NCBI GenBank assembly: GCA_964450685.1
Contig: CAYVDN010000006.1
Span: forward strand, 3,532-67,531
Direction of reading: 5' to 3'
Length of the DNA: 64,000 bases
DNA from: an uncultured Microthrixaceae bacterium
Lineage (GTDB): Bacteria > Actinomycetota > Acidimicrobiia > Acidimicrobiales > Microtrichaceae
Part shown: one piece after another, positions 38,597 through 46,896 of the stretch
Position numbering within the stretch: position 1 is the first letter of the stretch
How the letters are laid out: every line of letters begins with the position of its first letter
Made by a program: the position numbers and the translations under genes
Notes under the pieces: generated by a model
The model's database searches: none
What the model was told of the DNA's origin: nothing
The model's input: only the letters and a program-made list of their open reading frames with translations

Positions 38597-38863
38597 TCAG
38601 CTGGCCTGCGACTCGTTCAGGCTACGGGCGAGGCGCGACTTGCGACGAGCAGCAGCGTTGCGGTGGTAGACGCCCTTGGTAGCGGCGGTGTCGATCGCCT
38701 TGATGGCGGCCCGGGTGAGTTCAGCTGCGTCGTCCGAGCCTTCGGCGATGGCTGCCTCGGCTGACTTGGTGCGGGTCTTGACCTCGGAACGCACCGACTT
38801 GTTGCGCTCTCGTGCAGCCTCGTTGGTGCGGTTGCGCTTGATCTGGCTCTTGATGTTCGCCAT
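38597..38863 (-). CDS. rpsT: 30S ribosomal protein S20
   Basis: 88 aa starting MANIKSQIKRNRTNEAARERNKSVRSEVKT, which is unmistakably S20. Confidence 0.95.
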   Translation of the reverse strand: MANIKSQIKRNRTNEAARERNKSVRSEVKTRTKSAEAAIAEGSDDAAELTRAAIKAIDTAATKGVYHRNAAARRKSRLARSLNESQAS

Positions 38864-39022
38864 TGGTGTGGTCGATCTCTTCGCGTGGGGGTTCAGGGAA
38901 CCGGTAGAGGTTAGCCGCGAGCGGCTGGGACGTCATCTTCGGCTCTGGCACGAGTTCCGGGCGGGTGCTGGGTCGGTGCCGATGCGGGTAGGGAACGGGG
39001 CAGCGGGCAGAATGGCGACGTC

Positions 39023-40810
39023 GTGACCGAACTCGCTCGCATCCGCAACATCTCAATCATCGCCCACATAGACCACGGCAAGTCGACCCTCGCGGATCGA
39101 ATGCTCGAAATGTGCGGCGCCGTCGATCCGCGCGAGATGCGTGCCCAGTACCTGGACTCGATGGACATCGAGCGTGAGCGGGGCATCACGATCAAGCTGC
39201 AGTCGGTCCGGCTCAACCACCGGGATCATGTCATCAACCTGATCGACACTCCCGGCCACGTCGACTTCGGCTACGAGGTGTCGCGATCGCTTGCCGCTTG
39301 CGAGGGTGTGATCCTGGTGGTCGATGCATCGCAGGGGATCGAGGCGCAGACGCTGGCGAACTGCTATCTGGCGCTCGAGAACGACCTGGAGATGGTCGCA
39401 GTCCTGAACAAGATCGACCTTCCGGCAGCGGACCCCGACACCTATGCGGCCGAGATCGAACAGGTGCTGGGCATACCCGCAGACGACATCCTGCGCATCT
39501 CGGCCAAGACCGGTGAGGGTGTGTCCGAGGTGCTCGACGCCGTGGTCGACAGGATCCCCGCACCCGAGGGTGACGGTGCTGCACCGTTGCAGGGGCTCAT
39601 CTTCGATTCCCACTTCGACCAGTACCGCGGGGTGGTCAGCTCGATCCGAGTGGTCAACGGCAACCTGCGGACCGGTTCCAAGTTGCGCTTCATGCAGGCC
39701 GGGGCGACGTACGAGGCCCTCGAGGTGGGAGTGCGCCTGCCGGACAACACGCCTGTCCAGTCGTTGGGGCCCGGGGAGGTCGGCTACCTGATCGCTGGTA
39801 TCAAGGACGTCGGCGAGGCACGTTCCGGTGAGACGGTCACCGAGGCAGGACGCCAGGCGGACGATCCGCTCGACGGGTACAAGGACCCCAAGCCGATGGT
39901 GTTCTGCGGCCTGTACCCAGTCGACGGCGACGAGTTCGAGGACCTGCGTGAGTCGCTCGAGAAGCTCCGCCTGAACGACAGCTCGTTCACCTACGAGCCC
40001 GAGACATCGGGTGCGCTGGGCTTTGGTTTCCGCTGCGGCTTCCTCGGGTTGCTGCACATGGAGATCGTCCGTGAGCGGCTCGAACGCGAGTACGACCTGA
40101 ACCTGATCGCCACCGCCCCGTCGGTGGAGTACCGGGTGGTGCGCTCCGATGGGGTGGAGCTAGGTATCGACAACCCGGCTGACATGCCGGATCCAGCGAG
40201 CATCGACCGGATCCTCGAGCCCTTCCTGAAGGTCACCGTCATCACGCCGTCGAGCTTCACCGGCGCTCTCATGGACCTGTGTCAGACCCGGCGGGGCGAG
40301 ATGATCAAGATGGAGTACCTGAGCCCGGAGCGACTCGAAATCCAGTACAAGATGCCGCTGGCCGAGGTTGTAACCGACTTCTTCGACCAGATGAAGAGCC
40401 GGAGCCAGGGCTACGCGTCGCTCGACTACGAGCCGATCGGTGACGAGCCGGGAGACCTGGTGAAGGTGGACGTGCTCATCGCAGGGGAACCGGTCGACGC
40501 GTTCAGCTCGATCGTGCACAAGGACAAGGCGTACGACTACGGCAAGAAGATGGCCGACAAGCTCAAGGAGTTGATCCCACGTCAGCAGTTCGACGTGCCG
40601 ATCCAGGCTGCCATCGGTAGTCGCATCCTGAGCCGTCAGACGGTCAAGGCCTACCGCAAGGACGTGACGGCCAAGCTCTACGGCGGAGACGTGTCCCGCA
40701 AGCGCAAGCTCCTGGAGAAGCAGAAGAAGGGTAAGAAGCGGATGAAGAACCTGGGGCGGGTAGAGGTCCCGTCCGAGGCCTTCACCTCGGCGCTCAGGCT
40801 GGACGAATAG
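39023..40810 (+). CDS. lepA: Elongation factor 4 (LepA)
   Basis: 595 aa with [34 protein letters not shown] and the LepA C-terminal domain [23 protein letters not shown]. Confidence 0.97.
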   Translation: MTELARIRNISIIAHIDHGKSTLADRMLEMCGAVDPREMRAQYLDSMDIERERGITIKLQSVRLNHRDHVINLIDTPGHVDFGYEVSRSLAACEGVILVVDASQGIEAQTLANCYLALENDLEMVAVLNKIDLPAADPDTYAAEIEQVLGIPADDILRISAKTGEGVSEVLDAVVDRIPAPEGDGAAPLQGLIFDSHFDQYRGVVSSIRVVNGNLRTGSKLRFMQAGATYEALEVGVRLPDNTPVQSLGPGEVGYLIAGIKDVGEARSGETVTEAGRQADDPLDGYKDPKPMVFCGLYPVDGDEFEDLRESLEKLRLNDSSFTYEPETSGALGFGFRCGFLGLLHMEIVRERLEREYDLNLIATAPSVEYRVVRSDGVELGIDNPADMPDPASIDRILEPFLKVTVITPSSFTGALMDLCQTRRGEMIKMEYLSPERLEIQYKMPLAEVVTDFFDQMKSRSQGYASLDYEPIGDEPGDLVKVDVLIAGEPVDAFSSIVHKDKAYDYGKKMADKLKELIPRQQFDVPIQAAIGSRILSRQTVKAYRKDVTAKLYGGDVSRKRKLLEKQKKGKKRMKNLGRVEVPSEAFTSALRLDE

Positions 40811-40909
40811 GTCTGGCCGTACAGGTCTGGCCGCTCCCGGCGGGCCTCTGGACGGCTGGTGTCGGTACTGTGGGGCCGCGGACGTGTCGAGACCGGCCGG
40901 ACGCTCTCC

Positions 40910-41587
40910 ATGCGGGGACGGCGAGAGGAGCCCCCGTTGCGACACGTGGATCCATCGGTCGGCTGGGACGATCCGGCGTTCACACAACCGCCAGTTGACG
41001 ACAACGTGCGGCCGGGTTGGCAGCTCGCGTGGGTGTACCTGGGGCTGACCGCCGTCCTGGCGGTGGTCTACCTGTGGTCGATCGCGGTGCCTGGCCTGCG
41101 ATTCTTCGCATGGGCGGCAAGCGTCATCGGGCTTGCTGTCGTGGGCCTGATCTGGATCGGCCTGGTCGCCGTCGCCCTGCTACGAGCTTTTCGCAAGCGG
41201 ACCCGAAGCATGACCCGTCCACTCGCAACATGTCTCGTGGTCATCCCAGTGGTAGCGGTCGTGCTCCTGGGCGCGAGGCTGGTCGATGCACCGCTCCGCT
41301 TGCGCGTCGAGCTCTCGAGGGGCCAACTCACCGACTATGCGGAGTCGCTGCTGGAGCAGGGGCGGCCTGAGGTTGTCACGCCCGAGTCCGTAGCGGGCTT
41401 CCCTCTCAGCTCGGTCGAGGTCCGCGACGGCGGGGTGTTCCTCTACGACCTCGATGGAGCCCTCTTCGACGATGCCGGGCTGCTGTATCTGCCAGAGGGG
41501 CAGCCATCGGACGTTGTGGGAACCATGGAAGCACCGCACTTCAGGCCGCTCGGCGGTGGATGGTGGGCGTTCACCGCCAGTTGGTGA
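40910..41587 (+). CDS. Hypothetical membrane protein (3 TM plus a C-terminal soluble domain)
   Basis: ATG 40910 lies within the 242-aa track ORF. TM segments are WVYLGLTAVLAVVYLWSIAV, AASVIGLAVVGLIWIGLVAVALL and LATCLVVIPVVAVVLLG. I recognise no family. Confidence 0.5.
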   Translation: MRGRREEPPLRHVDPSVGWDDPAFTQPPVDDNVRPGWQLAWVYLGLTAVLAVVYLWSIAVPGLRFFAWAASVIGLAVVGLIWIGLVAVALLRAFRKRTRSMTRPLATCLVVIPVVAVVLLGARLVDAPLRLRVELSRGQLTDYAESLLEQGRPEVVTPESVAGFPLSSVEVRDGGVFLYDLDGALFDDAGLLYLPEGQPSDVVGTMEAPHFRPLGGGWWAFTASW

Positions 41588-41676
41588 CCCTGGCCGATCC
41601 AACGACTCGGCCGGGCGAAGGATCCAGGCCGTTGGCAGCAGGCGGTTTGGCAGTAGGCGGTCAGGCTCGAGAGCGG

Positions 41677-43158
41677 TCAAGCGACGCAGCGCAGGGTGTA
41701 TGCACGTTCGCGTGCGCGCCTGGTCATCTCGCTCTCGTCCAGCTCCGGCAGGGGTGGGCCAGTTGCCCGATCACGTTCTGGCGGACTGGCGTCATGGTTC
41801 GGTTCTGGCGGGCCTGTCTCCGGAGCCTGGACAAGCCGCGGTGGCCAGCCCACCGCGCGATCCACCGGAGTGCCATCGGGCCTGAACCAATGCGGCATCC
41901 CATGGTCATCGGGTTTGACCATCCAGCCTTCCTCGTGGACCAGGCGATGGTGGGTGGACCAGCAGGCAAGCGTCAGGTTGGACATGTCGCTGGGTCCGCC
42001 GTCACGCCAAGGGGTCATGTGGTGGGCATCGCAGTCCGCAGGCGGCGCGTCGCATCCCGGAAAGCTGCAGCCACCGTCACGGATCGACAGGGCTGACCGC
42101 TGCGTACGGGTGACGAGTCGTCTCTTGCGGCCCCAGTCGAGCACCGCTCCGCTGTGCCGGTCGCGAACGACCCCGACAACCGATCCATCGCAGAGGAGTC
42201 GGTCCGTAGCGGTGGGGTCGAGGTGATTCCCGGCGGGCATGTCAGCACCGCGGCCGCCTTCCAGATCGCCCGCATCGATCACGAGGTGCAGCGTCGGCAC
42301 CACAGCTGGCGAGTCGGCTGTGCCTCGACCGCAACCACGTCGGACCAGCTCGACCAGCGCGTCGGCGCGGAGCTGAGCCCTGCTTCGCCGCGGGCTCTCG
42401 TCAGCCCGGTTCTCGGAGCGCCACAACGATTCGGCCATGGCGTTGACCGCCGAGTCGACGAGCGCTCCGTCCGCTGCTCCCAGATCGAGACGGCCGGTCC
42501 ACGAGTCGTCCAGCGTCTGCACGAAGGTGAATGAGCGGCCGCGATGCCCGGGCTCAGGCTCGGCACCGTCGGTATCTACCATCTCGGCCCAGCCGCGCAT
42601 CTCGCGGGCGAAATCGTCGGGACGGAGCTTCTCGGCGAGGTCGGCCAAGGTCGACTCGTCCTGCTCCATGGCGTCCATCGTGCGCTCGTTGCGGTTCCGT
42701 GCGAACACGTCCGCCTGATCGGCCGAAAGTCGTCCGCGGCGGCAGCGATCGGCGACGTCGGGTAGGTGCCGCAGGGAACGCGCAACGCGAACACGTCTGG
42801 CTGCGGTTGCCGAACTCATCTGTGCGTGCTGCTGCAGCCACGACCGAGTGGATCCCAGACCGTCGTATGCAGCACCGCCATCGGCATCGAATTGGCCGAT
42901 GATTGCAGCGGTAGACGAATCGAGTACCGCTCGTGTGGCCTCGATCTGCTGGATCAGGGGACCGAGCTCCTGGACCGGAATTCCAGCTGGTGCGACGGTG
43001 GTGAGTCGATCTGCACAGGACCGCAGGTCGCTCAGGAGTGACGCGACCTCGTCAGCATGCGCGGCGTGATCGGAACTCCCTGGTCCCTCGGATCCGATCG
43101 AAGTGGGCTCCCCAGCCGCCATGCAAGTCATGCTATCGAACAAGTGTTCGATGTGCAA
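41677..43158 (-). CDS. DUF222 + HNH endonuclease domain protein (REP13E12-like family)
   Basis: 493 aa. The HNH region is CSFPGCDAPPADCDAHHMTPWRDGGPSDMSNLTLACWSTHHRLVH. The long helical N-terminus is typical of actinobacterial DUF222 proteins. Confidence 0.8.
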   Translation of the reverse strand: MHIEHLFDSMTCMAAGEPTSIGSEGPGSSDHAAHADEVASLLSDLRSCADRLTTVAPAGIPVQELGPLIQQIEATRAVLDSSTAAIIGQFDADGGAAYDGLGSTRSWLQQHAQMSSATAARRVRVARSLRHLPDVADRCRRGRLSADQADVFARNRNERTMDAMEQDESTLADLAEKLRPDDFAREMRGWAEMVDTDGAEPEPGHRGRSFTFVQTLDDSWTGRLDLGAADGALVDSAVNAMAESLWRSENRADESPRRSRAQLRADALVELVRRGCGRGTADSPAVVPTLHLVIDAGDLEGGRGADMPAGNHLDPTATDRLLCDGSVVGVVRDRHSGAVLDWGRKRRLVTRTQRSALSIRDGGCSFPGCDAPPADCDAHHMTPWRDGGPSDMSNLTLACWSTHHRLVHEEGWMVKPDDHGMPHWFRPDGTPVDRAVGWPPRLVQAPETGPPEPNHDASPPERDRATGPPLPELDESEMTRRARERAYTLRCVA

Positions 43159-43212
43159 GTTGATTTGTCAGGTCATGGGAGGTGATCGCGGCACCCGTAC
43201 CGCGTGGGGCGA

Positions 43213-43239
43213 CTGGCACTCGCGTAGACTGAGTGCCAG
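43213..43239. promoter_or_regulatory. CIRCE operator (HrcA binding site)
   Basis: CTGGCACTC-N9-GAGTGCCAG is a perfect 9-bp inverted repeat with a 9-nt spacer. It matches the CIRCE consensus TTAGCACTC-N9-GAGTGCTAA at 7 of 9 positions per arm. It lies directly upstream of hrcA. Confidence 0.85.
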
Positions 43240-43268
43240 TGTCGGATGATCGTCAGGATCAGCGCAGC

Positions 43269-44267
43269 ATGGACAACCGCAAGGCGGCGATCCTGCGCGC
43301 GGTCGTACAGCAGTACATAGAGACGGCCCAACCGGTCGGCTCGTCCTCGATCTCGGCGCGCAGCGAGGTAGCGGTGTCCTCCGCGACCGTTCGCAACGAC
43401 ATGACCCAGCTGGAGCGTGATGGCTATCTGGTGCAGCCCCACACGAGCGCTGGTCGTGTCCCGACCGAGAAGGGCTACCGGTTCTTCGTCGACAGCCTGA
43501 CCGAGCCCGGACCGCTCAGTCCCACCAACGTCCGACTCGTGCGCGAGTTCTTCGCCACCACCCACGGAGAGCTCGAGCAGATGCTCTCCGAGACGAGCAG
43601 GCTGTTGGCCGACGTGACCGGAACCACCGCTGTGGTGGTCGGTGAGCCGGCGGAGATAGCAACAATCAGGTCCGTCCAGCTGGTGGATCTCTCGCCTCGC
43701 ACGCTGCTGGGTGTTGCTGTCATGAGCAATGGCGTCGTGCTCAAGCGAACGGTGGAGCTCGACTCCGACGTCGATGCTGACGTGCTGATCGCAGCACAGC
43801 AGCTTCTCGTCGAGAGCGCTTCGGGCCAGTCCATGCGGGACCTCTCGGTGTGGGACGCTCCCGACGGGCATCCCGGAGGGGCGCTCGCTGTCATGGTGTC
43901 CGCGGCATTGCAGGACGCTGCAGAGTCCGAAGCGCAGAGGGTCTTCGTGGACGGCCGGTCGAGGCTCGCTGGGAGCTTCGATGCCACTGAGACGATCGAG
44001 GCTGTGCTGGGCATCCTCGAGCAGCAGTTCGTGGTGGTGAGCCTGCTCAAGGAGCTCGTCGACAACGGCCTCGCTGTCGCCATCGGTTCGGAGAGCGGCG
44101 TGGCACCCCTGGCCGACTGCTCGTTGGTTGTGGCGCCGTACCAGGCCGACGGCGAGCCAGCGGGTGCGATCGCCGTGCTCGGCCCGACACGCATGAACTA
44201 CCCGGAGACGCTGTCGGCCGTCGCGGTCGTGAGTCAGCGTCTGAGTCGACTTCTGAGCGAGGGCTGA
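43269..44267 (+). CDS. hrcA: Heat-inducible transcription repressor HrcA
   Basis: The track start (GTG 43233) lies inside the CIRCE element, so I moved the start to in-frame ATG 43269 (MDNRKAAILRAVVQQYIETAQPVGS). It also has TVRNDMTQLERDGYLVQPHTSAGRVPT. Confidence 0.9.
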   Translation: MDNRKAAILRAVVQQYIETAQPVGSSSISARSEVAVSSATVRNDMTQLERDGYLVQPHTSAGRVPTEKGYRFFVDSLTEPGPLSPTNVRLVREFFATTHGELEQMLSETSRLLADVTGTTAVVVGEPAEIATIRSVQLVDLSPRTLLGVAVMSNGVVLKRTVELDSDVDADVLIAAQQLLVESASGQSMRDLSVWDAPDGHPGGALAVMVSAALQDAAESEAQRVFVDGRSRLAGSFDATETIEAVLGILEQQFVVVSLLKELVDNGLAVAIGSESGVAPLADCSLVVAPYQADGEPAGAIAVLGPTRMNYPETLSAVAVVSQRLSRLLSEG

Positions 44268-44268
44268 C

Positions 44269-45390
44269 GTGACCGATCTGTACGAGGTTCTCGGGGTCGC
44301 ACCCGATGTCGGACCGGAGGAGCTCAAGAAGGCATACCGGAAGCTGGCGCGCGAGTCGCACCCCGACGCGAACCCCGACGACCCCGAGGCCGAGGCTCGC
44401 TTCAAGGACTTGTCGGCCGCCTATGAGATCCTGTCCGACCCCGACAAGCGGGCCAGGTACGACCGCTACGGCAGCGCGAACGGTTTCGATCTGTCAGATC
44501 CCTTCGGGTCGGGAGTGGGCGGACTCGGCGACCTGTTCGACTCGTTCTTCGGCGGTGGAAGCCCCTTCGGCGGAGGCCGGCCGCGTGGCCCGTCCGGTCC
44601 GCCCCGGGGGGAGGACCTGGATGCTCGCGCGGTGCTCGACTTCACCGACGCCGTGTTCGGTTGTCAGTGCGATGTCTCGGTGCGAACGGCGGTCGCGTGC
44701 GAGGAATGCGGCTCCACCGGCGCCCAGCCGGGATCCACCGCCGAGCAGTGCCCCGACTGCGGCGGCAGCGGCGAAGTCCGCGTCGTCCGCCAGACGGTTC
44801 TGGGCCAAATGATGTCGGCTTCGGTGTGCCGTCGTTGCGGGGGGCAGGGCCAATACCTGCCGTCGCCGTGCTCAGCCTGTGCGGGCGACGGACGTCTCGT
44901 CGAGGACAAGACATACACCGTTGACGTGCCCAAGGGCGTCGACGACGGCTCGACGTTGCGCCTGACCGGTCGAGGCGCGGTAGGCCTGCGCGGGGGTCCC
45001 CCCGGCGACTTGTACGTCCGGCTGCGGGTCAAGCCGCACGAGCATTTCGTTCGCCAAGGTGACGACCTGGTGCGAGATCTCGACGTATCGATGGTCCAGG
45101 CGACCCTCGGTGCGACTCTGCCGCTCGAGACGCTCGACGGGATCGAGGAGCTCGAGCTCCCGCGAGGTACGCAGGTGGGCAAGGTGTTCAAGATCAAGGG
45201 CAAGGGAGTTCCCCGCCTCGATGGCCGGGGCAGGGGCGACCTGATGGTCCGCGTGAACGTCGCAATCCCGACCTCGCTCGACGATGAGTCCGAGGACCTG
45301 CTGCGCCAGTACGCGGTGATCCGGGGCGAGTCGGTGTCGGAGGCGAAGGAAGGCTTCTTCTCCCGGTTCACCGCGCCGTTCAAGAGCTGA
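44269..45390 (+). CDS. dnaJ: Molecular chaperone DnaJ
   Basis: 373 aa with J-domain DLYEVLGV...YRKLARESHPD, a G/F-rich linker and four CxxCxGxG zinc-finger repeats. Confidence 0.95.
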   Translation: MTDLYEVLGVAPDVGPEELKKAYRKLARESHPDANPDDPEAEARFKDLSAAYEILSDPDKRARYDRYGSANGFDLSDPFGSGVGGLGDLFDSFFGGGSPFGGGRPRGPSGPPRGEDLDARAVLDFTDAVFGCQCDVSVRTAVACEECGSTGAQPGSTAEQCPDCGGSGEVRVVRQTVLGQMMSASVCRRCGGQGQYLPSPCSACAGDGRLVEDKTYTVDVPKGVDDGSTLRLTGRGAVGLRGGPPGDLYVRLRVKPHEHFVRQGDDLVRDLDVSMVQATLGATLPLETLDGIEELELPRGTQVGKVFKIKGKGVPRLDGRGRGDLMVRVNVAIPTSLDDESEDLLRQYAVIRGESVSEAKEGFFSRFTAPFKS

Positions 45391-45391
45391 C

Positions 45392-46129
45392 GTGTCGGGC
45401 GCAGGCGCGAACGGCGACATGCCGGCCGCCGAGTGGCGAGCAGCCGAGGCCCAGGTCCTCGTTGACGATCTGACCACCCCTCACCTGGACCGGGACGCTG
45501 CACACCATCTCGGTCGTGTGCTCCGGTTGCGTGACGGCGCCGCTGTGTGCGCGACCGACGGTGCCGGGGGTTGGGTCAGCTGCCGACTCAGCGGCGAGGA
45601 GCTCGAACCCGTCGGTTCTGTCATGGTCGAGGGTCGTCGGGAACCAGCGCTGACTGTTGGTTTCGCTCTCGTCAAGGGGCAGAAGCCCGAGCTGGTCGTC
45701 CAGAAGCTGACCGAGCTAGGCATCGACAGGATCCTCGTGTTCTCGGCCCATCGTTCGGTGGTGCGCTGGGACGATGAGCGGTCTGCCCGCAACATCGAGC
45801 GGCTGCAGCGCGTCGCCGTCGAAGCGTGCGCTCAGTCTCGACGCCTGTGGATCCCCGAGGTCGGGTTGGCAGATCTGGGCACGCTCCTGGCCGGCGGCGC
45901 AGTGTTGGCGGACGCTGGTGGCAGGCCGCTGAGCCCATCGGACATCACAGTGCTGATCGGGCCGGAGGGTGGATGGGATCCCCGGGACCTGCAAGCCGCG
46001 TCGTCAGGCGCGGCTCGCGCCGACGGATCGCCCGACCGGGTCGGCCTGGGAGACAACATCCTGCGAGCGGAGACCGCAGCCATCACTGCAGGCGTGCTCA
46101 TGACAGCTAGGAGAGCTGGACTGCTGTAG
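45392..46129 (+). CDS. rsmE: 16S rRNA (uracil1498-N3)-methyltransferase
   Basis: 245 aa in the conserved position after dnaJ. Motifs: HLGRVLRLRDG, KGQKPELVVQKLTELGIDRI, VLIGPEGGW, LGDNILRAETAAI. Confidence 0.8.
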   Translation: MSGAGANGDMPAAEWRAAEAQVLVDDLTTPHLDRDAAHHLGRVLRLRDGAAVCATDGAGGWVSCRLSGEELEPVGSVMVEGRREPALTVGFALVKGQKPELVVQKLTELGIDRILVFSAHRSVVRWDDERSARNIERLQRVAVEACAQSRRLWIPEVGLADLGTLLAGGAVLADAGGRPLSPSDITVLIGPEGGWDPRDLQAASSGAARADGSPDRVGLGDNILRAETAAITAGVLMTARRAGLL

Positions 46130-46238
46130 CACGGGAGAGTCAGAGCACAGGAGAGACACGAATGGCATGAATGGCCCGAACGGCCCATCACCCAGAGTGG
46201 TGGTCAGGGAGTTCTCCCCATGGAACGTGCGGCTAGGT

Positions 46239-46251
46239 TGACGCAGAGTGA
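46239..46251. promoter_or_regulatory. BldD-box-like palindrome upstream of the bldD-like gene
   Basis: TGACGCAGAGTGA fits every fixed position of the Streptomyces BldD box as I recall it, TnACnC(A/T)GnGTnA. It lies 71 nt upstream of ATG 46322. Confidence 0.45.
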
Positions 46252-46321
46252 GATCGCGGGATCGGCCGGGTGGTCGAACGGGCGAGTCGCCCGGACCCAT
46301 CGAGAAGGACCGAGCGGGACA

Positions 46322-46834
46322 ATGAGCGTGGAACTGATCGACGACGACGAGCTGCGTGATGGCCAGTACTCCAAGGCGGTGGGCGAGCGGCTGCGTCACA
46401 TCAGGCGACAGAAGAGGCTGTCCCTGCAGGAGGTCGAGACGATCTCGGCCCACGAGTTCAAGGCGTCGGTGCTCGGCGCCTACGAGCGTGGGGAACGGGC
46501 CATCTCGGTGCCCCGGCTCCAGAGGCTTGCCCGCTTCTACAAGGTGCCCGTGGACCAGCTGCTGCCCGGGGACGACGTCGTCGAGGAGCTTCCGGCCCGA
46601 CGCGATCTCGATGGCGGAGCGAAGATCGACCTGACCCGACTCGAGGGTCTGAACGGAGCCGAGTCCGAGATGCTCTCGCGCTACCTGCGGATGATCCAGG
46701 TGCAGCGACAGGACTTCAACGGCCGTGTGCTCACGATCCGTCGGGACGACATGCGGGCCATCGCATGCATCCTCGGGGTCACCGAGGACGCAGCCGATCG
46801 CCGCCTCGACGAGATGGGCCTGCGCCTCGGCTGA
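46322..46834 (+). CDS. bldD: BldD-like XRE-family developmental regulator with a c-di-GMP binding signature
   Basis: Starts at ATG 46322 (170 aa; Streptomyces BldD is of similar length). The sequence is collinear with remembered S. coelicolor BldD. AVGERLRHIRRQKRLSLQEVE...SVLGAYERGERAISVPRLQRLARFYKVPVDQLLPG aligns with QLGAKLRAIRTQQGLSLHGVE...VVVGSYERGDRAVTVQRLAELADFYGVPVQELLPG. The C-terminal domain has RQD-FNGRVLTI-RRDD, which fits RXD-X8-RXXD. Confidence 0.8.
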   Translation: MSVELIDDDELRDGQYSKAVGERLRHIRRQKRLSLQEVETISAHEFKASVLGAYERGERAISVPRLQRLARFYKVPVDQLLPGDDVVEELPARRDLDGGAKIDLTRLEGLNGAESEMLSRYLRMIQVQRQDFNGRVLTIRRDDMRAIACILGVTEDAADRRLDEMGLRLG

Positions 46835-46896
46835 ATCCATCGTGCGCCTCGGCTGAGGCGCCCGTGTGTTTCGAGTCAGGCCCCGTGGGTCCGGTC

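Noticed and set aside
41631-41660. Imperfect 2 x 15-bp tandem (GTTGGCAGCAGGCGG / TTTGGCAGTAGGCGG) between convergent genes
   Set aside because: It is only two imperfect copies in a convergent 3' intergenic region, with no hairpin and no link to the HNH gene ends. It is probably slippage noise.
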